A stretch of DNA of 64,000 nucleotides from Pseudovirgaria hyperparasitica. Its lineage: Eukaryota. Position 1 is the first letter of the stretch. The number at the start of each line of letters is the position of its first letter. Positions 13,076 to 26,709 of the stretch are shown here, piece after piece. The translations under genes were made by a program, and so were the position numbers. The DNA lies in NCBI GenBank assembly GCA_010093815.1, contig ML996568.1; one strand, given 5' to 3'. The notes under the pieces were generated by a model. That model saw only the letters and a program-made list of their open reading frames with translations. It did not search any database and had not been told where the DNA came from.

Positions 13076-14012
13076 GTTTGACCCTTTTTCGAACCTTTGT
13101 TTCCCAGATCACTCAGAACCACTCCATCACTCTCCGGTCTCTTTGTATACTTCTTTCGGCACGCTGCTCAGATGCTTAGCTCCGAGTTACTCCCTGATTT
13201 GAAGATCTCACTTCCTCATCTTCTCTCTTGACCCTGACGCACATACAAAGTAAATAACCGTTGACAACACAGTGCATGAACGAGGCTGCTGACGACGCCT
13301 ATCGCAGGCAGTGATCGACTCAATGGGTTCCGACGCAGAAGTCATGATGCGAACGCGATAGATATTATGTACACGCAGACGTGGTTGAATTTTTCCGATG
13401 CTGGGAGTCTTGGCTGGGATAGTCAAGTTACAATGCAAAATACATGCATTGGCGTATCTCCAATCCACTTGAACTGTGTTTAATACTTATCCTGGAACCT
13501 CGAATGAGCTATCTTCGGCCGTGATATATGACGTAACGTCCCAAGTCGAAGTGTGAAGCCGTTTCATCCTCTAAGCAGGCAACCCATTATGTAGGAAGAA
13601 GGTAATATGCTCTTGATTTTGGACCTCATACATTCATTTTCAAGTCCGTTAAATTATCCGACAACAGTTCCGAATGGACGGACAATGTATTGCTTCATTG
13701 TAACTATCCAATAGAACGGCGCTAGCGGAACTGGAAAGTGTAGAGGCCCGTGCTTTCTGTAAATCTTGCCTGGCTTGTCCGTGACGGGTATTCACATCGC
13801 ACAGCGCAACACCAAACAACCTACAACCGCCGCGCCACTGTCCTCGTACGCGTAGGACTCATGCTTGGGTGCTTTACTAACCACACAGATTTCCGACGAC
13901 CCCATCTTCATGTCCCATACCAGTATCAAACTTCGACAACGCCGTCGCGCCTGGCCCACGTCACTTTTCCCCGCGCTTGTTCCTCTCCGTCGACATCCTT
14001 CGCGAGCCTGCA

Positions 14013-17000
14013 ATGGCTGAATTGACCTCGAAAACACGCTTTCTGCCGCCTTCATATGACTCGCGTGCCATCTCACCAGGTCTGTCGCCTCGCCGTGGGC
14101 ACCGCAGATTACACTCTACCAGCGACGAGGCGCCATACGACGTGTCGCCCGTTGCAATCCTAGACGCATTCTCCGAGAACGTCTTCCCAAACAACGACAC
14201 AGAAGAGTACCGCTATCTAGCCTGTGCAGAGGGTGCGAGCTCGGCGCAGAAAGGACTTGCGATCAAAGCCGCAAAGGTCGCAATCAGTGCCCAAGACTGG
14301 TACCTGGAGTTGAAGCGGTGGAACTGGCCAGGCAGCTTCGCACAACCAAATGTACAGGATGGAATAGACACGGTGGATATCACCGGGAATGATGGCCGTG
14401 TGCAGAGGATCCCACTGGAATATTGGGGGTGTTTGCCCGCAGCCATGGTTGAGGCATACGAAACGAGAGTAGAGGAAATATTGAAAGAGATGGCAGAGTT
14501 GGATATTGACGAGCTCAAAGGATACGTACTTGATATACATGGCTCAAGGTCGAGACCTTCCAGCAGCTACGAGCGCCGGACACGGGCAACGCTCAACCTC
14601 ATGGATGATGTGAGCTTGCTTGTTACAGGAACCATAGTCCAAGCTCTCCCGGTATTGAACTTGCTGAATGGACTCCTGGATACATGGTCAATGCGGTTAG
14701 GGATCTTGCGAGATATCCCCACCTTTCTGTCAGACTTGAACGAGGCAAAGCGCGCCTTAGAACTGGCCTGGGACGCGATCCAGTTACCAAAAGACGAAGC
14801 GATGGACCCACTGAACATCAAGAAATGGAAAGGGGCAACAGACACCATAGCGACAGTACTAGATGGGAAGGCCTCAAGCCTGGGACAACGCCTAGACGGC
14901 ATGTTGGACACACTAGAGGGACGAGATGATGTCATCCCGGACGATTGGATAGATGAGTTTGAAGCTTTGGAGACTGATGTTGGACAATGGAATAGTGAAG
15001 CACGGCGAAAGAGATTCCAACTAGACTGGTCATGGCCTGCCAGTGCTCGACCGGACCCTGTACTGGCCACATTACCTGAAGTCACTGAGAAGAGACGACC
15101 AACACTAACCCTCCAAGAGACTGCGAGTGGACATCTCTTGACTCCAAGCGAGGATTCATCGGTACCTCTTGTGACACCAACAGCCGAAAGCTTCCCGTCT
15201 CCCCCGACCTTTTCGCCCTTGAGACAGGCCCAATCTCCGCAAACCCCTTCGAGGGGTTCACGAAGTTTTGCATTGGCTAGTCCCTCTACACCTCAAGCTT
15301 CTTACTCTGGAAATACTGTGAGGGATCAACAATATGATGATGATATCCTGAACAGGCCCCTTGACACAGACAATGAGGTGGATCCCGACAATCTCCAGAA
15401 GACGCCAAGGGCTAGGATGTCCGTCAACATGTCACCGGAAAGTGGTTGGAAGCGCTCCGGCATGGTGTGGGTAAATGAGTCTAATGACAAGTACGAAGAA
15501 GAAGACGAAGAGAAATCAAGTCAAGCAGAGGCTAGACCTGTTATGATGAAGCGTGCCTCGACAACTTCCATTGAGTCATTTTCTCGGGATAAAGTATGCT
15601 TAATATATCCAATGTCATAATAAACCTACTAATCTATATACAGGTAAAGACGGTCACGTTATCACGACAAAACTCTACTAGCTCCATAGCTTCAGGACGC
15701 CGTAGCATCAGTGAAAGACGTGTGTCCGTGGGATCTGCTAGTAAGGAGAATGTTGCCGCTTCGAGTGGACGCCTTGGGAGAAGCTCCGTGTCGCTTCCAT
15801 TCACTGAAGAGGAGGACGCAAGACCTGTATTTCCACAAAGTTCGCCAAGCAGACCGCAAACACCCGATTCGAGTCCACAAACGCCTGATCGTTCATCCTC
15901 ACCAGTCACACCATCTCGTTCACCAGATGATGTATTTGGCAACGAGTCCCCTTCATTGAGACCTGGGAGACTAAATCCTTTACGCGCCCATCCACCTCTC
16001 AATGCGTCGATCAAGAAGTTTCGAAGGGCAGAGGACCGTAGTAGTGAGAGCCCTACAGACTCCCTGGGAGCTCCGCCAAGCGTATTGCTATCCGAAAGTG
16101 AAAATGGGGGCTCCGTATCCCATCCTGCCTCGCTGAACAAGACTCGACAAGGCCGTAGTTATAGCACTACTTCTAACGCCGAGCTGAACAAACAGATATC
16201 GGAAATCTTGAGTTCTGTTCCTGCAAATATTCGACTGACAACAGGGGCGGTGGAGTCAGATGCAACATCTTCTGTCGGCGCCCAAAACAAGTCTCCTCGT
16301 TCAAGCTCTGGGTCGCATAGATTTTCAGCCTCTACACTGTTCCGCTCGTCACGTTCTGCTGTCAAGTCTCCTGAGATGACTCTCTCTCCTGTCAAGAACG
16401 ACGAGTTACCCTCCCTACGCCGACAGGGTGGTTCTGAGCACTCGGACATCAAACTATATCATCTCATCCAACCAGGCCGCGACAAGCCCATTAAGTTGTT
16501 CATTCGCCGCGTGGGCGACAATGGAGAGCGTGTCATGGTTCGCGTCGGTGGCGGCTGGGCAGACCTCGGTGACTACCTCCGTCAATACGCAGGCCATCAC
16601 GGACACCGTACTGTCTCGGATGGGAAGTTCGAGGTTCTCGGTCTTAATATTGATCCAGCTTCAGGCACATCCAGCGTCACTCCACAAGGCACACCGACAA
16701 AGACGACCTCCAGGAGCGTATCGCCCCTACCGGGTGCGGCAGCAGCCCACAACGGGGCCATCATTGCAGCACAAACAGCTGCTGCAAATCACGCGTTGAC
16801 TCCAGGCAGCGCAACCGCACACATGTCCTCGCGTCTCGTCAGCGGCAGCCACGCAAACACGCCAGACTCGGTGAGGAGCGATACATCGCGTGGCTCATGG
16901 CGTGACGAAGGTAACGTAGGTCTTGCGGGCCCGGCAGCGAAGAAAAAGCTGGATCTCAGTGAAGAGAAGTTGGAATGGATCGACAACATGATGAGCCAGG

Positions 17001-17179
17001 CACGGCGCATCAGCGGCGGCGTGAAAGACGGAAAAGATTTGGGGAGGGATGGCAAGGACAAAGAAGGTGTACAGGACTTGGGAAGAGTCGGTGGGACGAG
17101 GAGAGTGTTTCTGAGGGGCACTGGGAATGGCAGTGGGCGTGAAAGCGCGGCTGGAGACAGAAGCGGGAAGGATCACTGA
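14013..17179 (+). CDS. GAS2/GAR-domain protein (cytoskeleton-associated), intron 15594-15643
   Basis: Two long ORFs joined by a GTATGC...CTAAT...CAG intron. GAR signature KLFIRRVGDNGERVMVRVGGGWADLGDYL. Confidence 0.85.
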
Positions 17180-20100
17180 AAGGGAGGGCAAGATATGGGC
17201 GCATTGATACGGAGTATTGAAGAGGTATGCATACATGGCGTGGCCGGAGTCCTGCTTTGGGATTTTGTATAATGGATGGCACATGCTTGATCCTGCAATG
17301 ATGCGGCGTTGGACTTAACGCACAGCATACATAGGAGGGCGTTGGTCGATAAGGGCAGAGTGTGGCACTAGCAATACGGAGTCTTCGGTCTTGGTAAATC
17401 TGCTATACTTGTTGGAATAGGCGCGAATTCGTCTTCATTAAGCTCTTACACACTATCTAATCTTAATCAACACAATCTGGCTGATCGTTTCCTTCATCGC
17501 CGGATTCTATCTTCTACCTTCAATGTAATTATCTGGTCTCATTGCTATTTATGGCATCATTTATACTCATACATGGATTAGCCTCCGATAGTCTATCTGC
17601 CCTGATTGGCGCGGCCCGGCCTCCGAACCGTCCCGACGCGAGTTAGTTACTTCTGTGCGCCCATCACGACCTCTTACCAAGATTTGCGCACGCTACTGTA
17701 CTACGTAGTCAGCCCTACCATCCCGTTGCATTGAGTTAAGGCAGAAGGAAGCCCCGCTACGCCATTTTCGGAATCTCGAGCCTGGCTAACCTGAGTAATA
17801 GACATGACGGCCGGTGAGTGGTGAGCTGAGGCGAACGTGTCGATTGGCCTTTGAGCCGGGCGTGTCTCCGACACGAAGACCGACGACTGTGCAGCGGTCT
17901 TTCGATTACCTCTCAGCATCATAGCCCAGCCAATGAAGGTCTACTCCTGACTGACGAATGCGTCCTGGTGGTTTTTCTAGGGGGCTGGCCCATGGAGATA
18001 GGCGGGTTTGGCTGGTATGATATGACAGGACGTTTTTACTTTGCTGCTGAGGTCTTCTTCCGGGGAGCGGTATCATTGGAAGGCATGCCGGTGCTGCCTC
18101 CGACACGACGTTCAACGACAACACAGCAGGCTCATTATTTCCTTCTGAGAGCCCGCCTGGACCATTGACAGACCGAGTTGCGAAATCAAGACTTATCATT
18201 AACGGTGTGGATCCTGGCGCGTCTTGCATGGGGCCGGGTTCTGTCAAGTCGAGAGCTGAGCAAAGGCACCACTGAGGACCATCACGGCACTGCCTCCGGT
18301 TCACGAACTTCCACGATGAACGGGGGGTCGTAGTTCTTGCCAGATTGAAACGCGCGTGGCCAATGAAAGAAACAGATGGAGTGCGCATCGTCACGACGCT
18401 CCTCGACACTCCCAGGGGGTAGAAGGATACGAATGTGGAATGTGCCTGACAGCGCTTTACTGATATGCTAAGCACCAACGGCGCTGATTCCGGCACGCAA
18501 TACCACGTTTGTCGATATCTGCCAGCGGACACAAGGGCCTTGGCCGATGACTAGTCATTCTAGAGCCATCGGATTTTGCAAAGACGGTCCAGGCTATTTG
18601 CAGCACTCTACACCCGACGGCGGCTCATTGGAGTCACGTCGCGGTGGCAGCTCCGGACGACATCCGACGATATCCAACGCGGACTGTATTGCCTCGTTGT
18701 GTAGCACAGGGCCAATGGAAAGGCATAGGGCCCTGAAAGGTGGCACAGAAACGCGAATGACGCGGTGTGCGGTAGCCGATGGATGGCATTTCAAATTTCA
18801 CGGTGCTCGTGTCGTGCCAGGGCCTGGGGGCAGATTGGGTGTTTCAGGGCAGGACGAGCAAGGCGTCGATGGGCATTTCTATTGACGCATCGGCGATCGG
18901 ACCGTAACGACATTCCATGGCCCTGTGAGAAATTACCAGTTTGGAGGGAAGAAGGGCCAATGACTGGGTGTTTTCACATGTGCGTGTGTCACGCTGGGGA
19001 TCGCTTGGTTCGACTGTGCTTTCGTCGGTGTTGGATTTGGGTTATTCGTTATTTGTAATGACGATGCTTCGATGGTACGATATGCAGGGCGCGTTCGATA
19101 TGACATGACTGTATTTGCGACTGGTTGTGGATTGAGATGATGGCGTCGCGTATCGAGGCAGGTCCACCCCTAAGGGTAATCTTCACAACGGGTATCTCAG
19201 AAAAAAGTCGTAGGGACCCTTATAACCGAAGACGTGGCACTAACTCCATCGACACGTGGGTAGAGGATTTTCGAGCAGACAGCCCTATCGAAGAAAGGGT
19301 TCTAAGGGTCTTTACTATACCAGTGTTCATCAACAACATCATCAACCACATATGCACTCGCCCAAAATCTGCACCACGAATCAAGCCCCGCCAAACCCAT
19401 CGCCAACACGCACCACCGCACACGCAAACATCACATCACATCACATACTCTACATGTGTAATCAAGCCGCATGTCATTCTCCAAACCCTGCTCGGCTCCA
19501 TACTCCCTGCATCCACCACTCGGCTCGCCGCACGCCGCCGCACGCTCGCCATTTTCGGAAAACATCTCCCGGGCCCCCCTGTCCCCCCGTCCCGGTCCCG
19601 CTCGGACCCACCGCGTAGCAAATCCTGTCCTGTCCTGCCCTTCCTTCCTTCCTTCATTCTTGGCTGGCGAACATAATTATCCCCGACCATACTAGTTTGC
19701 CCCTCCGCCAATCAGTGCCGGTCCGACGTCGCGCCCGCGGCCACCCTCCCCCCCCTTTCAATCGCAGCCGCTGCTGATGATCGAAGATGCGAGTCGGGGG
19801 TTGAAGGGGAGGGGGACATGGGTCTGATGGGTCTGATATGTGGTTCTCCGAGCAGCGGCGGCGTGATTACGAGTCTTGGGTGCTGACCTTGGCTGTGTGT
19901 GTGAGAGATGGGCATGGCTGGTTATTGGTTGTTTGGGGCTTTATTGAGGAAGTTTTGTGCTTCGGCGTGAGAGTTCGTGGGGAGAGACGCCGTGAGTGTG
20001 ACCGAGATGTGGATAGGGGGGGGTTGATGGGTGGTGGGTGTGGGTGTGGTGTTTGTGGCTGGTTGCACAGTCATCAGTGTCGCACAGAGAGTTGAGCGAT

Positions 20101-23100
20101 GGAGGGAGAGGCCGCGCTGGGTGGACGAGATGTGGTGATGATGGTGGTGCGCTGTAGCTTGCGAGTGTTTGGTGTGTCGAGATGATCAGCCCCTTATTTG
20201 GTGTATTGAGATCAGTCACTGTGGTGTTGCTTGCTTGGTGATCCGTATATCGACTCTGCGTCATTGCCTCTTGCTGCCTATCGTTCTCCGGTGCATCCAT
20301 ACGATGAGAAGCGCAACGTGGGCAGCCTACTCTTGTGATCCTGTCATCCACTTTTCAGTTTCTGCATTTCGAGAATGATATAGACAGAGAGCATCACGCT
20401 TAAAACGACCATCACACTCGACAAATACCATCCAAGCCCATCACATCTTGCCACTGACCTCACTCTTCATCATCTGCCCCTGTCTACAGTACCCCAAAGT
20501 CCGCTTCCATTCTGACCACATCACCTCTGCCAAAACTAAACGCTTTTGCTCAACACACAACAGCATCACCTCCTCCTAGAAGATCCATCGCAGCATACTC
20601 GCGTATCTCCAACCCTTACCCACGCCACTCTACCCACCCGCCCACACAGATGTCACGAAGATGCACATACATACGTACACACCCTTCTTTGCCACGACCT
20701 CGAACGCAAATGATGTATCCATCAACCCTAACAGTCCTACCATACTCCAGTCTTTACCTCATCGAGACCGGCCACACAATCCAGCCCTCCCAAGCAGAGT
20801 AGAAAAGAAGAAATACAACAGCACACACGCGTCATCACAATATCCATATTCATCCGCTAAATAATCCGTGTAGTCTTGTTGCGTGCCCTCGACTAGACTC
20901 CCTCCACTTCACACACACACACCCCACACACTGAGGTCCAAGACTTGAGTACACTAGCTGGGGAATGTCACGGTGTGACGTTAACGTCGGCTGGCTCATC
21001 ATAAACATCCTGACTACCATGTCGTCTAGAATGGCAGAATGGAAGAGAGTATACCTTTGCACTCTTCAACATAGGTTTCGTCTTGGGACACGTCGTCACT
21101 GAACCTACAACTGTGTCCGACGGGCACGGGAACCCTAACCTTGAGCGTGAGATCATCAAGGCTAACCTCGTACCTAGCCAGACTGAGATTAACTATTCCA
21201 TCTCGAGCGTCATCGTGGATGGTATACGCACTATTAAAACTCGCGTCTGTCTGTCAAATCTCGCCTTGGCATCGTCCTGGTGCTGCTATACTCTACATTA
21301 ATGGCAAGATACAGTGCGTCGTTTCGCCTAAACTGACTTTGATACTAGATACCCACCAGCCCGATCACCGGCGTCATCCCAGGCGTGTTCGACTCACGGT
21401 TAGCCTTCTTCATCGTCCGCGACGTAAAGTCGTCCGCTTGACACGGATATCTACCGCAAACACATTAGTGTTCCCAGCTCTTCAGTCCCAGCTCTTCGTT
21501 CCAGTCGTTCGGACCGCACTCAGCATACTACGCTCGATATACCTTTGGTGGAAGCTGTATGAATAAACGAATTGAAGACACACACGCAAGAAAAGAGACT
21601 GTCCATCGTAAAAGAGGTCGAACCTAGCAACAGAGTGTTCTGCACGAAGTTCTCGGTAAAACGGAGCATGGACTGGAATAGATGTGTGGACACTCGCATT
21701 ACAAAGAGCTATATGTGCACCACACCAAACATGCAGAATTAAGATGCGCAATGAGCGATACCATAACATCCAGAAAACGTCGTCTGCGTAGAGTCATTTA
21801 CCTGTGCGTACCACGCAGCAACAACCTGTCTGGTCTCTGGAATAGCGCATCATAGGACTGAATAACATCCTGAGGTGGATGGTGTCTCACAACATGAAAT
21901 GTGTCGGTATACTGTCGGCCTGGCCGGGCTTGAACTTTTGCTGTCCCGATCTCGCTGCTGAAATCCGCGGTGTGCTATGCTGCTCGGACCATGGGACGAC
22001 TCGTCGGTTCGAGATCAGTGGCACTTCAAAGTCAGTCATGTAGGTAAGGCAAGTCAGACTTCGTTTGACGTCCTTATTCGGTCGTCCTTCAAGAACTGGT
22101 TGTTTTAGAATTGATTGCGTTCCTTGACAATCAAACACAGTTGACCTAAGCATTTTCCATACGTACAATATAGCGCTGATATGAGAAACATGAGTAAGAT
22201 CAGAAGGGTAGGAACATACGACTGACATTATTCACGACCAATCCGCGCAGTGCTCTCTTTACAGGCTTCGAAGTCATAAGGTACTGGCAGAACACTGGCA
22301 ACTAGCTCCAGCAATCATCTTCATCGACTGCGAAACTCTTGAGATGGAAAGATCTTATCGTGCTCGTGCTGGTCGATGCGGCTATGCAGTGCTGTGGCAG
22401 AGTGATCAGGAGCATGGATATTCATACCACTCTGCATCAGTGATGGCGGCTGATTTGACTTACATGGGCGGCGTGAGCGTAGGCAATGATGGCGTCGTAC
22501 AGTTCTCACGCTGGACGGAGGACTTTGACTTGTCAAGGATTGGTTGAAATATATACTAACACAGTGGATTTGGAAGTTCGCATGCTGAATGGCCGAGACA
22601 CTACAAGACAAAACATGTGAGTCTGAGAGAGCTAGTGGTGCAGCTTTCGATCTACACAATCCGAAACGACTCTGCACCATATATTCACGCCGCACGCGTG
22701 CCACGATCCTCGCTGCAGCTGCAGGACAGGTGAGCAAGAACGCACAACGATCGGGCGGCATATAGAGATCATCTCGGCTCCATCTACATCTACATCGATT
22801 GCAATACTACAGGTCCTGCTACTACGAGAGGATATGCACAGTTGTGGGATAACGAGGAAGTATGAATCATAGAGACGGGCAGAGATTCCTCTTTGTAACT
22901 GCACCAGTATCGCATCGCAGCAGTGGCATGGGGTGGGAAGAAGGAAAGTATGTATTGGATACCTCCATATGTGCTATGGTGGAATGATATAAGGATACGT
23001 CCTGCAGTCGACTTGGGACCTGTGCATTCGTATATCAAGAACACAATTACATATCCTACAGCAGCTAAACGCATAAGATAGTCGCTCGCGAGACAGGACT

Positions 23101-23324
23101 CGAGTCGAACACAATGACAGTGTCAAGAGCAGTATCAAAAAAGGGACCTAGTGTGAATCCCGAACGCTTGTGTCAACGGACTCACTCCGTCCGGAAAAGT
23201 GGTCCCGCGAGCTCGGGAGCTCTGCCGATCTCGGCTCCGTGTGTCCCGCACTTCCTCAAAACATTCGTGGATCGCCAGTCCATGAGTGTTGCCAAACCTA
23301 ACACGACCTTCTAAACAAAAAACA

Positions 23325-24402
23325 ATGAGCTCGCAAGCAAGACCGAAACCGCCGCCTGCGGGCGTCTGGTAAGCCTCATACATCTACATATACCTTCTAT
23401 CAAGTAAACCACCCACTAATCGACCACCCAGGTGTCCCGCCGTCACACTCTTCAACCCAGCAACCGACACCATCGACCACGAAGCCCAAGCAAAATGGTA
23501 CACCTACCTCTCCACCACCGGCCTCACAGGCCTCGTAATCCTCGGTTCGTCGCACCCACCACACCCATCCCCAAGCCCACCCTAACCAACAAACCATCAA
23601 CCCAGGCACCAACGCCGAACCCTTCCTCCTCACCCAAGCCGAACGCAAATCCCTCATCCACCTCGCCCGCTCCTCCGTGCCCCCCAACTACCCCCTCATA
23701 GCCGGCGTAAGCGGCCACTCAACCGCCCAAGTCCACGACTACATCGCCGACGCCCACGCCGCCGGCGCCAACTACGCCCTCCTCCTCCCACCAGCCTACT
23801 TCGGACCCGCCACCACGCCCGCAGTCATCGAGCGCTTCTACGACCGCATCGCCGCAACCAGCCCGCTGCCCATCATCATCTACAACTTCCCGGGCGTGTG
23901 CAACGGGGTCGATCTCGACTCGGACCTGATCGCGCGACTGGCGCGACGCAACGCGAATATCGTAGGCGTCAAGCTAACATGCGGGAGTGTGGCGAAGATC
24001 ACGCGGCTTGCTGCTGTGTTGCCGGCTTCGGAGTTTAGTGTGTTTGGCGGGCAGAGTGATTTTTTGCTTGGGGGGTTGGCGGTCGGGAGTGCGGGGTGTG
24101 TGGCGGCGTTTGCGAATGTGTTTCCGAGGGCGATAGTGCGGGTTTATGGGCTGTATAAGGCGGGGGAGGGTGCGGAGGCGTTGGAGTTGCAGCGGAGGGT
24201 TAGCTTGGCGGAGACGCCGTGTAAGGCGGGGATTGCGAGTACGAAGTTTGCGGCGGGGGAGTTTGCGGGGAGGAGGGCGGGGATTGAGGGGGCGGAGGGG
24301 AGGTTTGTGCCTAGGCATCCGTATGGGGAGGTGGGAGAGGAGGTGAAGAGGATGATTAGGGGGCATATGGCTGAGGTGGCTGCGATTGAAGACGGGTTGT
24401 GA
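23325..24402 (+). CDS. Dihydrodipicolinate synthase/N-acetylneuraminate lyase family class I aldolase, introns 23369-23431 and 23545-23605
   Basis: Spliced product MSSQARPKPPPAGVWCPAVTLF...LVILGTNAE...PIIIYNFPG...IVGVKLT (Schiff-base Lys)...GCVAAFANVFP. Substrate not determinable from sequence. Confidence 0.88.
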
Positions 24403-25464
24403 TTTTAGTATACGCTTATGCGGACGTCGAAGGTATGGCTTTAGTGACGGAACATGGCCGATAAATGTCGACGTCTTTGTGTACTGTGTACATGTTAGTC
24501 TTGGTCGTGTGTTTTTGTTCGGACAGGAAGTGCACTCTCAGGTTTCTCACCCCTGAACAGAGCGAACTGGCACACTGTACGAGTATAAAGATGCAGAGGA
24601 CCAGCTCTTCACAAGACAGCAACCTGAAAAAGACGAAGAGCACCGGCGAGACATTTTAAAGAAGCATACATACCAGATCAAACAAGACAAGGTCTTTACC
24701 GTAAAACACAACAAGACCCGGCTGATGGGTATCGCAGGTAATGACCTGTGCAATAACAACTCTCCCAATCTAGGAGAAGGTGGCATATATGATGACTAGG
24801 CTTGCTTATTGTTCTTGAATTTCTCCCTGATTTGACTTCCAATATCAGATTTGCGCTCTGCAACCTACGTTCGACTCAGTTCTTATGACTTCTAGATCTT
24901 ACTTCTGCCCACCTATGAAGAAAGGACTCTCCGTACGTCAATCCATGCAATTGGAAACACCATCATGACTGACTCGGACGACTGTTCAGAGCTAAGATGC
25001 AATCGAGGAGAACGTACTATGGAGGTGGTGTATTGCCCTCACTGAAAGCGTTAAATTCGAATGCAGCGCAGTGCGTTTCAGCTCTCAAAGTCTACACTTC
25101 GTATACGTTCTGAAAAGGGCTCAAGCACCAAGCGTAAGTTAAACATCGGCAAGTTGGTCGACAATTCTTTACGGGGCTTCAGTAGCAATGTGGCTGATAC
25201 TCGACAGCGAAGTCAATCACGGGTCACGGTAGGTTGAGGAATCATTGTTTATGTCCAGGAATCATTTGTATTACTATGGAAGACTGGAGCCTACGGATCA
25301 CTTGCCAGAAATGTTGGCCATTCATAATCTTCACGACCTACCTTGAGCTATGAATAGGTGACTGTAGTAGGGGATGCAAAAGGACGAGAGTGGTAAACCT
25401 GAGACAAACAATGTTAGCTTTTGGATCGAAAGAAACAAATGTAGCAAGATTGTTTGTGGGTGTG

Positions 25465-25572
25465 AGGATCAGACATCCAAGGAAGAATTTGCGCTCAACG
25501 ACTCCTCGGTTGTAGGTTCAAGTGAGGGCTAGCGTGGAAACTGCGAATGTAGGAAATGTTTCATCATGCAAG
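25465..25572 (-). ncRNA. U14: U14 box C/D snoRNA (snR128)
   Basis: Minus strand: box C ATGATGA (25567-25561), domain A CATTCGCAGTTTCCACG, domain B TTCCTTGGATGT immediately before box D CTGA (25472-25469). Confidence 0.93.
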
Positions 25573-25756
25573 ACAAGATGTAGGAGGAAATAGGATAGAA
25601 CTGACCTTCTCCTTGACTACGATGTATGCATGCGATGGGTACTACGAGCGGTGCGAGAGGTCGACGTTAGCTATGTGCGCCCGGTGAGGGTGAGATCTGT
25701 GATAGTGAGTTAGCAACAGTTTTTCAACGCGCTAAGCAAAGCATGTGTTCATCGTG

Positions 25757-25875
25757 GTTGTCAGACGGCATGTACTGGCAAGTAGCAGACCGCTTGCGAG
25801 GCAGTCCGGGGTGTGAGGCTCTTCATGGTCGAATCTGCTGGGGAAAGAAGAACTTTCTGTATATCATCACTCGAG
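25757..25875 (-). ncRNA. snR190: snR190-like box C/D snoRNA
   Basis: Box C GTGATGA (25870-25864). Guide TCTTCTTTCCCC is complementary to the conserved LSU rRNA GGGGAAAGAAGA, followed by D' CAGA. Box D CTGA at 25764-25761. Lies directly upstream of U14, as in yeast. Confidence 0.78.
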
Positions 25876-26709
25876 GGTAGGAGGGGGACAGAGAGAAGCT
25901 TACCAGTGGAGTGAGCAATGCATGAGGAAAAGAAGAGACGCATGTTGATGTTGTTGTGTGTGGTGGAAAGGTAGAAAAAGAAGAAAAATAGATGTGAGAG
26001 AATAAATAGTGCCGGGCGTGCGATAAAATACGGTAAGCGGTGAGGGTAAATGAGATGAGATCAGCCACACGTGACTAAAATACACGCACGGATCTGCACA
26101 TGGCCTTGCCCTCACTAATTCCCTACACAGACCGAGACAGAAGACCGACCAGCCCGACAACAGCTGAGACTGACTGAGAGAGACACACAGACTCACAGAG
26201 AGACCACAGACAGACCCGCTACCCGCTACCCAAACTCGCTGCCTCACCACACAACTCTTAGTAGTCGTGATAGAACACCTGTTTCATCTCGCGACTCGCC
26301 CTCCATACACCTTTTCCTCTTGCTGACTTCGCTTCCGCTACCGTTGTTGCTCTTCCATCGCCATTCTGATCCCTTATCGCACGCGATGCCATAATATCCC
26401 CTCACCATCGCCATCCATCCGCTTCCTCAACTCGTCCAACGCTCGTTTCCCCAGCCACCCGGGAACGTACGATTTCGCGGTACGCGCGCATCCACCTGTC
26501 CACTGGCTACGTATCTTTGCTTTATTGCATTCTATTGCGATTGTCATCCGACGATATCCTCAACCTGCTCGTCCTGCTCGTCCTGCTCCAAAAGCGCATT
26601 ACTTCTCCAGCCCACACAGCTGGCTACCTCCTCGCGCACGTCCTGCCCGCACTCTCCGCACTGGTGATCATTCACTAAACATACGCTGCTCTTCCACGGT
26701 ACCCTTCCC

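Larger units (their letters stand above)
25342..26030 (-). ncRNA. Spliced non-coding snoRNA host transcript (introns 25697-25903 and 25399-25605; transcript ends approximate)
   Basis: Minus-strand GTAAGC and GTCAGT donors, GCTAAC branch points and CAG acceptors, with short exons lacking a meaningful ORF. Each intron holds one C/D snoRNA. Confidence 0.75.

Noticed and set aside
20723..21140. AACCCTAAC motifs at ~20724 and ~21131 as a telomerase RNA template
   Set aside because: Short matches in CA-rich DNA. No pseudoknot, CR4/5 or 3' processing signal could be identified by eye.
24789..24830. Plus-strand ATGATGA...TTGAATTTCTCC-CTGA as a third snoRNA
   Set aside because: Only 42 nt between boxes, no intron context, and the 10-nt rRNA match does not put a methylation site I know at D+5.
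24900..25341. Possible third intron (GTAGGT donor at ~25341, minus strand) of the snoRNA host
   Set aside because: No clear branch/acceptor or C/D boxes found downstream.
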